Of a stretch of 64,000 nucleotides of DNA, positions 47,596-58,521 are shown in pieces. The stretch is taken from IMG/VR virus record IMGVR_UViG_2703718819_000006, one strand, 5' to 3'. Origin of the DNA: a virus. Lineage: Duplodnaviria > Heunggongvirae > Uroviricota > Caudoviricetes. The notes beneath the pieces were generated by a model. The model worked only from the letters and a program-made list of their open reading frames with translations. It did not search any database and was not told where the DNA came from. Position 1 is the first letter of the stretch. Each line of letters opens with the position of its first letter. A program made the position numbers and the translations under genes.

Positions 47596-47611
47596 ATAAG
47601 TAACCACTTAT
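47596..47611. promoter_or_regulatory. family-2 palindrome ATAAGTAACCACTTAT
   Basis: Upstream of TS start. Confidence 0.4.
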
Positions 47612-47659
47612 TCATTAAGTGAGTTTACATTTATTGAGGGAACAAGGCCAGATAGATAA

Positions 47660-47690
47660 AAAAATGGTGGCCATAGGCCACCAAAAACGA
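47660..47690 (-). terminator. hairpin TGGTGGCCATAGGCCACCA + T-run on minus strand
   Basis: Downstream of 47752 stop. Confidence 0.5.
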
Positions 47691-47751
47691 ATAGTTGTTT
47701 CAGAAATTTAACGCGCCAGCGCAATATACACAGATAGATAACTACCTACAA

Positions 47752-48621
47752 TTATTTTTTGATCATTCCGTACATTGCTGAGGCTTTAGCTTGCTCAACA
47801 AAGGAGGATAAATCGACATCACTATAGGTTGGAGACTTCAGAATCTTTCCATCGGAAATTCGAAAACCGATCATCTTATCGGTGCCATCAGCATGGCGAA
47901 ATCCCAGGTCAGAAGAGTCGTATTTGCAGTTGGCCACAGCATGGCGACGCTCTTCGGCATCTGCAGGCCATAATTTTGTCATGTTGGACCGATGAATTTC
48001 GCCAACCAGCTCGACGACATTGATACCGAGAAAATCAGCCAGTCGATAAGTCATCATGCACGCCACATAGATTTTGTTCATTACACGGCGCAGTTCCTGA
48101 ATCAGCTCAGAATCCTTAACAGTCTTCTTCTCAAGTTTATCTGCCAGCTCTTCGAGCATACATGACGCCTCACGAGCTTCCTGAAATGGCATTGCCATAT
48201 CATCGAAAACAGTGTTACCAGGCACAAAAATTGTCTGCATAAAGCGATCAATGCTCTGTTCCTGCGTGTAATAAGTCATGCCGGTAGAAATACCACCTTT
48301 GATGGCGACCATCGTACCAACACCAACGTATAAAAAGTCGGCCATTGCATCCAGCAGTTGCTCAATATCCCCATTCATTGCGGCTGGAATACCTTCCACT
48401 ACAGCTTCTTCATGAATCAGGCTTGCACGGAGACGAAGCAGCTCTGGTGTCGGCATAACGCGTCTCGGATGCTGGAAGAGTTCATGAAACTGATCGACCA
48501 TCTTGTAAATACTTTCAGTGGCTACACCATGGCCTTCATGCAATTCATATGGTTCTGGCTTAAATCCAATGAGTCGATCGGTGGCAAGTTTCAGGTGGTC
48601 AGTCAGTTTGGTAAAGTTCAT
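47752..48621 (-). CDS. MazG-like (all-alpha NTP pyrophosphohydrolase) protein, two MazG-like halves
   Basis: 289 aa; EExxE..D-type helices in both halves; context in nucleotide-metabolism block. Confidence 0.5.
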   Translation of the reverse strand: MNFTKLTDHLKLATDRLIGFKPEPYELHEGHGVATESIYKMVDQFHELFQHPRRVMPTPELLRLRASLIHEEAVVEGIPAAMNGDIEQLLDAMADFLYVGVGTMVAIKGGISTGMTYYTQEQSIDRFMQTIFVPGNTVFDDMAMPFQEAREASCMLEELADKLEKKTVKDSELIQELRRVMNKIYVACMMTYRLADFLGINVVELVGEIHRSNMTKLWPADAEERRHAVANCKYDSSDLGFRHADGTDKMIGFRISDGKILKSPTYSDVDLSSFVEQAKASAMYGMIKK

Positions 48622-48698
48622 GCTAGTTTTGTTCCTTCTTAATTCTTGTGATCCATTGTGGCCCAGCGTTGCCAGGCCACATAATGCTTTGTATCGGT

Positions 48699-49841
48699 TT
48701 ACAGGTCTGCAAACTGGCTTAGAGAAGCCTTATCCACGGTAGAATCGATCTGACCTACCAGATATGTGCTTTGCTCTGCCTCTTGTGGTGCAATTTGCAG
48801 TGTGTCGGTTAACAACCACTTGTTCATCCAGACCAGCGGATCAGTGGTAACTTCTGGAAATAAAGCCTTCAGGCCAAGACGATTCATAGCCAGATTGGTG
48901 CGGTATTTTACATAGGTTTTGAGAATATCCGCGTTTAAACCAATCATCGAACCGTCTTTGAAGAGATAGTCGGCCCAGTTCATTTCTTGTTCGGCGACTG
49001 ATTTCATGGTGTCGTAAATGACGTTTTCTTCATCAGCAGCAATCTCTTTCCACAATAAACCTTCGCGACCGGTACGCATGAAGCGGATCATGCGTTCAGT
49101 TCCTTCGCAATGCAGAGCTTCATCACGGGCAATAAAGCGCATAATTTTGGTGTTACCCTCAAGCAACTTCCGTTCACCAAAGGCAAACGTACATGCAAAA
49201 CTTACGTAGAAACGGATCGCCTCAAGCGCATTAATGGACACCAACGTGCGGAAAAGCTGACGATGCAAAGGGTATGGCTCCCAGCCATATTCATTTACGT
49301 ACAGACGCTCAAATTCCTTCTCACCTAACGACTGGCGCTCGCAGGTCATCCCATAAAGCCTGTCATATTCAGCAGAGATACTGATCGCTCGGTTGATGAT
49401 TTCTTCATCCGTAACAATACCGTCAAAAACAATACTCGGATCGTCCACCATGCCACGAATAATGTGGGTGTAGCTGCGGCTATGGATAGTCTCAGAGAAA
49501 GACCACGTTTCAACCCACGTTTCCAGTTCAGGAATAGAGATAAGCGGCAGCAGCGTTGCATTTGGACTACGTCCCTGAACTGAATCGAGTAACGTTTGAT
49601 AACGGAGATTGCTCAGAAAAATGTGACGTTCGTGGTCCCGCAGCTTCGTGTTGAAGTCGATACGATCGCTCGAAATATCAACTTCTTCCGGCCGCCAGAA
49701 GAAAGACAATTGACGTTCAATCAACTTTTCAAAATCACGGTATTTTTGCTGATCGTAACGTGCCACGTTGACAGATTGTCCGAGGAACATAGGCTCTTTG
49801 GTTGCATCATTAGCACCCAAACGGAACGTTGAATATGACAT
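48699..49841 (-). CDS. nrdB: ribonucleotide reductase class Ia beta subunit
   Basis: 380 aa; closely matches recalled E. coli NrdB incl. [19 protein letters not shown], diiron-site helices, C-terminal YLVGQIDS. Confidence 0.9.
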   Translation of the reverse strand: MSYSTFRLGANDATKEPMFLGQSVNVARYDQQKYRDFEKLIERQLSFFWRPEEVDISSDRIDFNTKLRDHERHIFLSNLRYQTLLDSVQGRSPNATLLPLISIPELETWVETWSFSETIHSRSYTHIIRGMVDDPSIVFDGIVTDEEIINRAISISAEYDRLYGMTCERQSLGEKEFERLYVNEYGWEPYPLHRQLFRTLVSINALEAIRFYVSFACTFAFGERKLLEGNTKIMRFIARDEALHCEGTERMIRFMRTGREGLLWKEIAADEENVIYDTMKSVAEQEMNWADYLFKDGSMIGLNADILKTYVKYRTNLAMNRLGLKALFPEVTTDPLVWMNKWLLTDTLQIAPQEAEQSTYLVGQIDSTVDKASLSQFADL

Positions 49842-49872
49842 GTGTTTTTCCTTTTTCTTTTTTGGTGCGTTT

Positions 49873-49888
49873 AAACAAGTTGTTATCT
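49873..49888. promoter_or_regulatory. family-1 motif variant AAACAAGTTGTTATCT
   Basis: Upstream of nrdB start. Confidence 0.45.
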
Positions 49889-49947
49889 TATGTGTTTAAA
49901 CAAGGCTTACAAATCAAAGAGAAGGTGGGGATATCCCCCACCATATG

Positions 49948-52263
49948 TCAGATTTTGCAGGCTCCGTCGCACTCATCTTCTGGCTCGACGGCTACAGCTT
50001 GCGTCAGTGGATTCTGCGGTTCGTCGTCATCACGCTTTCCTGCCCCATCTCTGGTGTTGTGGTAGTAAAGCGTTTTAACTCCCATCTTGTAGGCGAGAAG
50101 CAAATCTGACAGTAGCGTCATCATTGGGACTTTATCGCCTTCAAAGCGAGAAGGGTCATAGTTGGTATTGGCTGAAATAGCCTGGTCAAAGAACTTCTGG
50201 ATGATCGCCACCTTTGTCAGATAGCCGCGGTTGTCCGGCATATCCCACAGGTATTCATACTGTTCCTTCAGTTTTTCAAACTCAGGCACGACCATCTTGA
50301 CGATGCCGTCCTTAGAAGATTTCACTGACACCGGGCCACGAGGCGGTTCGATGCCGTTGGTGGAATTAGTGATCTGGCTGGAAGTCTCGCATGGCATTTG
50401 TGCCGTCAGTGTGGAGTTGCGAAGGCCGTATTTTGCAATACGTTCACGCAGTTCTTCCCACGGCATCTTTAACTCAAAGTTGGTTTCGCCACTTTCGTCT
50501 AATGAAGAACGGTAATGGTCGATCGGCAACTGACCAATTGCGTATTTGGTCTGCTCAAACCAGTCACACTCACCTTTTGCTTCAGCAAGTCGGCAGCTGG
50601 CATCAAGAAGGTAATACTGGATAGCTTCGAACGTTTCATGCACCAGTTTATTGCCAGCGGTATCAGAATAACGAACGCCATTCTTTGCCAGGTAATAAGC
50701 AAAGTTGGTTACACCAATTCCCAAGCTACGACGAGCTTTGGCAGGCACTTCGGCTGCCTCCATCGGATAGTCTTGATAATCCAGTAACGAATCCAGTGCA
50801 GCAACGGCATAGAACGCCACCTCTTTAAGAGACTCCAGTGAACGGATGGCTCCGAGGTTAAAAGCGGATAAAGTGCATAGCGCGATCTCACCGTTCGGGT
50901 CGTCGGTAAATGCCAGTGGACGGGTGGGTAGGGTGATCTCCATACACAGGTTTGACTGGCGAACAGGTGCAAGAGCAGGAATGAAAGCGCCATGCTCATT
51001 AATATGATCGACGTTCGCAATATAAATTCGGCCCGTGGACGCTCGTTCCTGCATCAGAGATGAGAACAGCTCAATGGCAGGTACTGACTTCTTGCGAATT
51101 GAATCATCGGCTTCGTATTTATGGTACAGCTTTTCAAACAGCTCCTGGTCTGTGAAGAAGGCTTCGTACATATCAGGCACATCATGCGGGCTGAACAGAG
51201 TGATGTTCTCGCTTCTGACGAGTCGACGGTACATTAGACGGTTACTCATGACGCCGTAATCAAGATGGCGAACGCGGTTTTCATCAATACCACGGTTATT
51301 TTTCACCACCAGCAGACTTTCAACTTCAAGATGCCAGATCGGGTAAAACGCTGTTGCTGCGCCACCACGAACACCACCTTGCGAACAAGATTTAACAGCC
51401 GTCTGGAAATGCTTCAGGAATGGAATAACTCCAGTATGGGTGGCTTCACCATTGCGGATCTCGCTGCCCAGCGCACGGATACGGCCAAAACCAATACCAA
51501 TTCCAGCACGACGTGAAACGTAGTCGATAATTGCGGCTGAAGCTGCACTAATCCCTTTCAGACTATCGCCAGACTCAATCAGCACACAACTGGAGAACTG
51601 ACGGGTTGGAGTACGGACGCCGGCCATGATTGGTGTGGGCAGAGACAGTTTGAACGTACTTGTAACGTCATAGAAACCTTTGACCATCTCCATACGTGTT
51701 TTGCCAGCGCAGTCGTCTTCCCAATTCTGGAACAGACACATGCCTACCAGCATATAGATATGTTGCGGTCCCTCATGAATCTCACCAGTAACACGGTTTT
51801 GAACGAGGTATTTGCTTTGCAACTGCACCGTAGCTGCATAGCCAAAAAGATCGTCACGTTTCGGCTTAATGTAATTGCCGAGTTCTTCGATCTCTTCAAA
51901 CGAATAATGTGTCAGCAAATCCTTGTCATAAACGCCCTTGTTAACGTTCTTGACAATGTGTTGGTAGAAGTTCGGATAGTCGTAACGACCGAAGGCATCT
52001 TTGCGGATTTTAAAAATGTTCAGGCGGGCAGCCACCTGTGAGTAATTTGGTGCTTCTGGTGAGATCAAATCAGCGGCAGATTTAACCAAAGCCTCATGCA
52101 ACTGGCTGGTGGTCATCCCATCAAAAATGCTGGCCGCAGCTCCCATTGCTACAGCGGATGCGCTTACACCACGAATGCCTTCTACGCCATACATTACGAC
52201 GCGGTTGTATTTTTCTTCGGATAACGGCTCTGTTTGGCCGTTACGTTTTACGATGCTTATCAT
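49948..52263 (-). CDS. nrdA: ribonucleotide reductase class Ia alpha subunit
   Basis: 771 aa; ATP-cone N-terminus, active-site region SSCVLIE..., NLCMEI, C-terminal Cys pair (CDGACKI). Confidence 0.9.
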   Translation of the reverse strand: MISIVKRNGQTEPLSEEKYNRVVMYGVEGIRGVSASAVAMGAAASIFDGMTTSQLHEALVKSAADLISPEAPNYSQVAARLNIFKIRKDAFGRYDYPNFYQHIVKNVNKGVYDKDLLTHYSFEEIEELGNYIKPKRDDLFGYAATVQLQSKYLVQNRVTGEIHEGPQHIYMLVGMCLFQNWEDDCAGKTRMEMVKGFYDVTSTFKLSLPTPIMAGVRTPTRQFSSCVLIESGDSLKGISAASAAIIDYVSRRAGIGIGFGRIRALGSEIRNGEATHTGVIPFLKHFQTAVKSCSQGGVRGGAATAFYPIWHLEVESLLVVKNNRGIDENRVRHLDYGVMSNRLMYRRLVRSENITLFSPHDVPDMYEAFFTDQELFEKLYHKYEADDSIRKKSVPAIELFSSLMQERASTGRIYIANVDHINEHGAFIPALAPVRQSNLCMEITLPTRPLAFTDDPNGEIALCTLSAFNLGAIRSLESLKEVAFYAVAALDSLLDYQDYPMEAAEVPAKARRSLGIGVTNFAYYLAKNGVRYSDTAGNKLVHETFEAIQYYLLDASCRLAEAKGECDWFEQTKYAIGQLPIDHYRSSLDESGETNFELKMPWEELRERIAKYGLRNSTLTAQMPCETSSQITNSTNGIEPPRGPVSVKSSKDGIVKMVVPEFEKLKEQYEYLWDMPDNRGYLTKVAIIQKFFDQAISANTNYDPSRFEGDKVPMMTLLSDLLLAYKMGVKTLYYHNTRDGAGKRDDDEPQNPLTQAVAVEPEDECDGACKI

Positions 52264-52310
52264 GTATCACCAAATAAAGAGGGCCACTAAATATAGTGGC
52301 TCATGTTAAT

Positions 52311-52330
52311 AGATAAGCACTTACCTATCA
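52311..52330. promoter_or_regulatory. family-2 palindrome TAGATAAGCACTTACCTATC
   Basis: Upstream of nrdA start. Confidence 0.45.
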
Positions 52331-52336
52331 ATGAAA

Positions 52337-52906
52337 TCAAATGAGAGACTTAAGAACATCGCGCACCTGGCGGAACTGATCTGTTTGCATACCGGTATGG
52401 ATGGCAGCCACCGCATCAGCCAAATGTTCGTTTTTGTTCACGAGAACATCCTGTCCAGATTGCTTACGACGCAGCCACGGTGCTTTAGGGTGTTTTTTCG
52501 TAGCCCACTGGATAATCTCTTCTTTCGATGTAGTAAGTTTATTGCCGACAAAATGCTTGATTTCGTTTGGAGTAACCTGGATCAATGGCTTATCCACACA
52601 CGCAAGTACACCGATACAAATACCGTAAGACGTCTGCGAACGAGAGTTTTGGCTCCCAACCGGTAGCTCACAAAAAACCATATTTGCCTTATCAATGATT
52701 GGCTTCGCAACACGCCATATTTCACTGGCTCGGCGCAGATCGTCACTGTTCACACGAACGGTCTTTTTGTTACTCCCCGCTTTAGTCTCAACAAGAGTAA
52801 GGCCGTGAATCTCAAGTTCGTCCGTCTCAAGGTCTAAAGTGCCCACAGCAAGCCCAAAGTTGCTCATTGAGGGATCAACACCAACTACGCTGATTTTTTT
52901 ACTCAT
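52337..52906 (-). CDS. RuvC-like Holliday junction resolvase
   Basis: 189 aa; N-terminal VVGVDPSMSNFGLAV resembles RuvC ILGIDPGSRVTGYGV; acidic residues at expected positions. Confidence 0.55.
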   Translation of the reverse strand: MSKKISVVGVDPSMSNFGLAVGTLDLETDELEIHGLTLVETKAGSNKKTVRVNSDDLRRASEIWRVAKPIIDKANMVFCELPVGSQNSRSQTSYGICIGVLACVDKPLIQVTPNEIKHFVGNKLTTSKEEIIQWATKKHPKAPWLRRKQSGQDVLVNKNEHLADAVAAIHTGMQTDQFRQVRDVLKSLI

Positions 52907-52915
52907 ATAGTCTCC

Positions 52916-53659
52916 TTACCATGTTCCCCATATAGGGTTTTCCAATAATCTCGCCTCCAACGAATTGGCTACTATTGCCGTTTGCAACGTTGGTTGGGGA
53001 TAGTTTGCAAAGTCTGAATACTCATTTTCCTGCGTGACACGTTTATCTGCGGCATGTTTAACACCACTTGCTATGAAATGACGCATGATGCCCAACAGCC
53101 TCCGACTGTCTGCACTATCGTTTGCTAAAACATGAGGGAGCTGAAGTTCGATTTCTACCATTTCTCCATACTTACCAACAAACTGTAGTTTGTCCGCACT
53201 GTACTTTTTATCCCTCCTTTGGATAAGGAAACCAGTAAAAGCATCACCTGGCGATGCCAAACTATCCACCCGCTTATTGGCAAGTCGAATAAGGTTCGTG
53301 AAAGCCATACAGTGATGCGCACCCATTCCCCCAAAGAACCCTTCGCTATTAATGTTAAGATCTTCAGTTTCATGGGATGCAATAAACCCAGGCCCGACGT
53401 TGGGAAGATATCCCCCCTCAACAAAAGGATTAATCAGGATCGGCGCAATACATCCAGGTGGTAGTGATTTCAAACTTTGCATCAATGGCGTCTCGGATAT
53501 TAGACCAAGCAACGCGGCGAATTGTACTCCGTCAATATTGTTGCTGCCCCACAGAATACGTGGAGCCGCACCATTGGAAGTATGCCCATTGATCAGTTTT
53601 ATCGACTGCATCACTGCAAATACCTGCAAAAACTGCGAGCGGCTTAATTTAAACGACAT
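52916..53659 (-). CDS. hypothetical protein
   Basis: 247 aa; overlaps SbcC stop by 11 bp. Confidence 0.4.
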   Translation of the reverse strand: MSFKLSRSQFLQVFAVMQSIKLINGHTSNGAAPRILWGSNNIDGVQFAALLGLISETPLMQSLKSLPPGCIAPILINPFVEGGYLPNVGPGFIASHETEDLNINSEGFFGGMGAHHCMAFTNLIRLANKRVDSLASPGDAFTGFLIQRRDKKYSADKLQFVGKYGEMVEIELQLPHVLANDSADSRRLLGIMRHFIASGVKHAADKRVTQENEYSDFANYPQPTLQTAIVANSLEARLLENPIWGTW

Positions 53660-55565
53660 AGCTGCGCCCCTCTTTAACTTCCAGCGTAATAGTTTCCCGG
53701 AACCATGACTTCATCTCTTTATGGGAGATAATCAGCACAGTACCTCGCTCGCGAGCTTTGGACTCCAAAATACCCATGAGGCGTTCAAGACCGGCTGTAT
53801 CGAGTGCATCGTCAATTTCGTCGCCGATAAACAAATCGATGTTTTTACTCGCCCGGTTACTAACCAGATCCTGCAATGCCAAAGAACACGCAATGCGAAC
53901 CTTCCGCTTCTCACCACCAGAGAGGGTCTGGAACGACTTACTTGAACCTTTCTTCTGCACACTAATGTTGAATTTGTCGCGATACTCACCTTTTTTAGTG
54001 ACATCCATCGTCGACCACTCAGCAGTAATATTCCCGTCAGACAACGTATTGAGATACTCGGCAGTGCGTGTATTCAGGAAAGGCGTAACAGACGTCAAAA
54101 TATGAGAACGCACCCCGGCAGGAGAGTAGACCTGACGAGCTTTTTCCAATAGCAACGTTTGTTCCTGAATAGCCTTCAACTCATCTTTTAAGGACTTGAA
54201 GGTAGACTTACTGGATACCAGGTTATCTTCGTGTCTGGCGATAAGAGCAATAAACGGATTAATCTCTTTTGATATACGATCGACCTCAGTACGAGCACGA
54301 GTCACAAGAGACTCAATAGCAACAACCTCCTTCTCACGATGACGCAAAGATGAGAGTTGTTTCGTAAGCTCTTCAATCCGGGCAATGATAGCCGTTACAT
54401 CAGGTGTCGTTTTAACAAGGGCAGACTCAATGCTTAACGCCTTCTCAAGATTCGTTTTGTGTTTAGCCATTGCCTCTGCAAGTGTCTTCGCCTGACCAAT
54501 TTCCTGACGTGCTTGTTCAATGAAATTCTCCTTCACCGTTGATAGATCTTCTTCGCAGTAGGCTTTGCCACAAGTAGGGCATGGTGATCCCACTTTAGTA
54601 CCAACCTCTTCTGCTTTGGTCTTAAAATTACGCGCGCGGTTCATTGCATCAGCCTGACTATTTTCTGTAGCGTTGATGCTTGCCCGAATATCAGTTATCG
54701 CACCACGAACTTTGAGCAACTTGGCGTCATGTTCTTCTTTTGAGGCTAACTTTTTGCGCTCACTTTCGATTGCCTTCTCGGTATCACGGATCTGTTCGGG
54801 AAGAGTGCGGATCTCAAGTTCAACTTCCGTTAACTCAACTTCGGCACTGGCCAGCCCAGCCAGGGCATCGTCATAACGTTTAGAACGCTCTTGCTCCCAT
54901 GATTCAGAGGAGGCTTTCGCTGACTCAATTTCTGACTGTGTTGCCTCAATGGTCGAGATTGTCGACTCCAATTTGGTTTTAACCACATCCATACGTGCGG
55001 CAGCTGCATTAGCTCGCTCACGAGCAATAGCGTAGGCGCGTGTCAGTCTGTCAACGCCAGCGGCTTCTTCTACGATGGTTTTGAGGTTTTTGTCGGACAT
55101 TCCAGGTAAATCTGGCATAGCTTCTTGGCTCGCATAGATGGAAGCCATGAAAACCTCTTTAGATGCACCGATCAGACGCTCGACGAACTCTTGCGTCAGC
55201 GCATCTTTGCCTTTCGTCATATCGCCGTCTTCACCACGAACGATAAGCCGATTTTTGAACTCTTTGTGTTTACGGTGACGAATGATCGCATATCTCTTGC
55301 CTTCATCCTCGATGGTTACTGCAACACGACAGTTCTTTTCATGGTCGGTAGACAACACATCGTCACCCTTCACACCATGAGCTGTTTCGCCATAAAGACA
55401 CCACATCAGGCTATTCATTAGCGTTGACTTTCCAGAGCCATTACTTGATGCGGAACTATCATCACTATTAACACCCTGAATGAGTACTAAACCACGCTGA
55501 TCTAACTCGACCTCCGCGCTGGCGATAGCCATAAAATTCTCAACCTGGAGCTTTAAAAACTTCAT
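53649..55565 (-). CDS. sbcC: SbcC/Rad50-like recombination ATPase
   Basis: 638 aa; Walker A GSNGSGKST, central coiled coil with CPTC zinc hook, signature LSGGEKRKV, Walker B LFIGDEIDDALD. Confidence 0.8.
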   Translation of the reverse strand: MKFLKLQVENFMAIASAEVELDQRGLVLIQGVNSDDSSASSNGSGKSTLMNSLMWCLYGETAHGVKGDDVLSTDHEKNCRVAVTIEDEGKRYAIIRHRKHKEFKNRLIVRGEDGDMTKGKDALTQEFVERLIGASKEVFMASIYASQEAMPDLPGMSDKNLKTIVEEAAGVDRLTRAYAIARERANAAAARMDVVKTKLESTISTIEATQSEIESAKASSESWEQERSKRYDDALAGLASAEVELTEVELEIRTLPEQIRDTEKAIESERKKLASKEEHDAKLLKVRGAITDIRASINATENSQADAMNRARNFKTKAEEVGTKVGSPCPTCGKAYCEEDLSTVKENFIEQARQEIGQAKTLAEAMAKHKTNLEKALSIESALVKTTPDVTAIIARIEELTKQLSSLRHREKEVVAIESLVTRARTEVDRISKEINPFIALIARHEDNLVSSKSTFKSLKDELKAIQEQTLLLEKARQVYSPAGVRSHILTSVTPFLNTRTAEYLNTLSDGNITAEWSTMDVTKKGEYRDKFNISVQKKGSSKSFQTLSGGEKRKVRIACSLALQDLVSNRASKNIDLFIGDEIDDALDTAGLERLMGILESKARERGTVLIISHKEMKSWFRETITLEVKEGRSYVV

Positions 55566-55794
55566 ATAACACCTTTGATACCGTGTGTTAGCTTTTGACC
55601 TTCTTTCAATCTGAACTCCGTATGCGCCGGGAAGGATCTGCGCCTCAATACGCCTTTTCTGGTTAACCTTCCAAGATAAAACGCTACGGGATTTCCTTGT
55701 GGCGGGTAGGGCTTGTGAAACATCACCGTCTGGCCTCGTTCAAGTCTTTTCATCGTGATGGCAAAGTCTCGAAAGCTCCCATAACGACTTTGCC

Positions 55795-56880
55795 TCACAC
55801 AGCCTCCGAACTCTCCGCTTCGGTGAGGATTTCCTGACACAAAATATCCAACTTGCTTAGATCAAATCCGCCGTCAGTATCGTGGACAATCTTGCAATAA
55901 GCAGATACCGACTCTCCCAGGCTATCGATTTTGCTGGTTTCCGTTGTGCTTGCTGTCCCTTCCATCATTGATGACTTACGGATGAAGTTGCACACGACAC
56001 CTTTTGCACCCATTGTTTTGAGGATGTTCTGGTACTTAATGCCTTCTTCATCGTTCTCAATTACGGCGCGGAAACGCACGTAGTTGCCGCGAATTTGGTC
56101 ATCGGCAACATAATCTTCCAGGTTAATGAATTTAGGCGCACTGGTTTCGTAGTGACTGAAACTGCCGTCCGGGTTTACGATCATGTAACCAGCCAGAGAT
56201 CCAACATCTCCCCAATTTTGATGGGTCAGCGCACCGACACTGATAACTCCAGGAATGACCTCTTTGTGGTTGTGGTAATGCCCACTAAGCACGAGACGAA
56301 AGCCGATATCCTTTAACTCCTGCGCATCGATACCGACGTCAGGCATTGTTGGAATGGCTTTGTTAATGGATGTATGGATAACAACGTCATGATTATCACC
56401 TTCTACGCTCTTACGTAATGCTTTCAGATCGCTGATAAGCTCCGCATGATTGTTACGCCAGCTAATCAGGTGGACAGTCACATCACCAATTTTTATTGAG
56501 TGTGGGCGTTTGCCACATACGATTACCACGCCGATAGAACTCAGCGATGCTGCTGCGTTGGCGCTATATACTGAATCGTTGGTTTCAAGATCGTGATTAC
56601 CGGCCAGCATTACTACTGTCAGATCAAGCTCGTTGATAATCCACTTGTACGTTTCAGTTACGTAATGCAAAACAGAAGGGGACACAGTTCCTCGGACGTG
56701 AAATGTATCACCGGCAATCAGCATGTACTTACAACCGGCCTTCTTCATGGCGATGGCTGCTTCTTTCGTTGCTTCCAACTGTATTTCAAGTCTGGAGTTA
56801 AGCCCCTCAGCGTTCGTCGTGGAGAACGCATCCCATTTGTGGTAGTGGCAGTCAGAAATGACGCCGTATGGCAAAGTCAT
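55795..56880 (-). CDS. sbcD: SbcD/Mre11-like nuclease
   Basis: 361 aa; phosphoesterase motifs DCHYH, GDTFH, GNHD, SGHYH. Confidence 0.8.
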   Translation of the reverse strand: MTLPYGVISDCHYHKWDAFSTTNAEGLNSRLEIQLEATKEAAIAMKKAGCKYMLIAGDTFHVRGTVSPSVLHYVTETYKWIINELDLTVVMLAGNHDLETNDSVYSANAAASLSSIGVVIVCGKRPHSIKIGDVTVHLISWRNNHAELISDLKALRKSVEGDNHDVVIHTSINKAIPTMPDVGIDAQELKDIGFRLVLSGHYHNHKEVIPGVISVGALTHQNWGDVGSLAGYMIVNPDGSFSHYETSAPKFINLEDYVADDQIRGNYVRFRAVIENDEEGIKYQNILKTMGAKGVVCNFIRKSSMMEGTASTTETSKIDSLGESVSAYCKIVHDTDGGFDLSKLDILCQEILTEAESSEAV

Positions 56881-56992
56881 GTGTTTTTCCTTTGTGGTTA
56901 TTTTGATACAAATTTTAAGAGCAATGAGAAGGTAAACAACTATGCATAACGGTATGTTAGGAATGAAACGAGCGCATTAATATACAAAATTT

Positions 56993-57012
56993 ATAAGTAA
57001 GTATATACCTAT
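56993..57012. promoter_or_regulatory. family-2 palindrome-like ATAAGTAAGTATATACCTAT
   Basis: Upstream of sbcD start. Confidence 0.35.
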
Positions 57013-57134
57013 TTGTTGTGACGCAACTTTGCTTGTCTGTATGACTAAAAATAAGACAGGATCACTGTAGAACGCTATGAGAGCTATTTTGAGGGGGCGT
57101 AGATTCTATCTACGCCAATATACGATCTGGAGGG

Positions 57135-57779
57135 TTACAGCGCGTCAGTGGGCTTTTTACGCGCTGCGTTTATGCTTATGACGCCAGCTTTTGGACGTGG
57201 GTCAACAAGGTTAAGCTCTTCTTCACTGTGGTATTCGAGGTCGAACTCACGTTTTACATGTCTGATGTAGATTGCGGTGAGTAGGCTATCTTTGGTCAAA
57301 AAGTGTCCGTAGGATTTGCGGATCACTTCTTCAACCTTCTCGATTTTCTCACCACCCATGCAGAGGTGATTAAACCGGCTGTGTTTCCGCAACATCTCGT
57401 CAACTGGGCCTGAGTAAACCTTGTCTACTTTCCCAAAACGAATGATTTTTCCTGTATCTGCGGATACAAGGCAAATCAGTTTGTCTGGTGATAAACGATC
57501 TCGCCACGTCACACCTGAACGGAGTGTGTTGAAGTAGGGGGCATCCAATCCGATGATCGGTTTACGAAATGCGAGCAATGGAACGTACCTAATACAACTA
57601 TTCAAATGAAAGTTCACACCAGCCTTATCAAGTTTAATTCTGGTTTCGTAGATCGGGCACTTCGCCGCTATACCGCAGATATCACAAAGTAACTTCTGCT
57701 TATTCAGGTTGGAATTTGATTCGATAGTGTAGGAGCCGTCCTCAAGACGACGAACCCAGCGCGTGCGTTTTAGATCCAT
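57135..57779 (-). CDS. hypothetical protein
   Basis: 214 aa. Confidence 0.4.
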   Translation of the reverse strand: MDLKRTRWVRRLEDGSYTIESNSNLNKQKLLCDICGIAAKCPIYETRIKLDKAGVNFHLNSCIRYVPLLAFRKPIIGLDAPYFNTLRSGVTWRDRLSPDKLICLVSADTGKIIRFGKVDKVYSGPVDEMLRKHSRFNHLCMGGEKIEKVEEVIRKSYGHFLTKDSLLTAIYIRHVKREFDLEYHSEEELNLVDPRPKAGVISINAARKKPTDAL

Positions 57780-57978
57780 AATCGTTTTTTCAGTAGTTAT
57801 TGGCCGATGCTACGATAACTCATTAGGCATACCTTAATCTGCATTTGCCTGTTTACTTATCCCAGTTATCCACTGGATAGATCCAAATAAGAGATCCCAA
57901 GTAAGATCAAATAGAAGATCCAAAGAGATCCCCGATCGCCTCTAGCCGTTGCGGTTACTGGTCTGAAAGGGTGTTGCC

Positions 57979-58080
57979 ATCCACTATGGAGAGCAAAGAA
58001 ACCTCTGTAGAGAGCTGAATAACCGCTATGAAGAGTAAAACAACCACTCTGGAGAGCTGTATATATCCACTGTAGAGAGT
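57979..58080. repeat. iteron array A: five 16-bp repeats (A/T)(T/A)CC(A/G)CT(A/G)T(A/G)GAGAG(C/T) at 21-bp phasing
   Basis: Units at 57979, 58000, 58021, 58042, 58065. Confidence 0.75.
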
Positions 58081-58238
58081 AGAGCACATTGTCTTTTATG
58101 GATAACTTAATGACTTAATTCTTCATTAACATACTGATATACATAGATATATTTTAAACTCTACTCTTAGTCATGATTCTTATGTCCTTAAATATCCACA
58201 GAAGAGTAGAGTTACCTGTTCTTGAAATCCTCTGATTT

Positions 58239-58247
58239 TTATCCACA
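58239..58247 (+). promoter_or_regulatory. consensus DnaA box TTATCCACA
   Basis: Exact 9-mer between AT-rich tract (58085-58200) and iteron array B; second near-consensus box TTATCCACT at 57866-57874. Confidence 0.55.
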
Positions 58248-58358
58248 GGCCCGATCCAGTAATTCAGATCACAAAGAGAACCAAAGAGACCCATAAAGAC
58301 CCAATAAGATCCCCGCCCACCTCAAACCGTTGTGCCATCTGCCTTCAGACATGATCGA

Positions 58359-58481
58359 TATCCACTATAGAGAGCGAATAATCCACTATAGGGAGCAAAG
58401 CAACCACTATAGAGAGGAGAAAAACCACTATAGACGGTAGGATAACCGCTGTGATGAGTGCTACTATCCACTGTAATCAGC
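58359..58481. repeat. iteron array B: six repeats ATCCACTATAGAGAGC-type at 21-22 bp phasing, directly upstream of rep
   Basis: Units at 58359, 58381, 58402, 58423, 58444, 58466. Confidence 0.75.
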
Positions 58482-58521
58482 AAAGGCCACCAAAGCCGTC
58501 GAATAACAAGAGACATTTGGA

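Noticed and set aside
57979-58481. Possible CRISPR array (short regular repeats)
   Set aside because: Repeats are 16 bp with only 5-6 bp between units, degenerate, flank an initiator gene and co-occur with a DnaA box and AT-rich tract: an iteron origin, not CRISPR.
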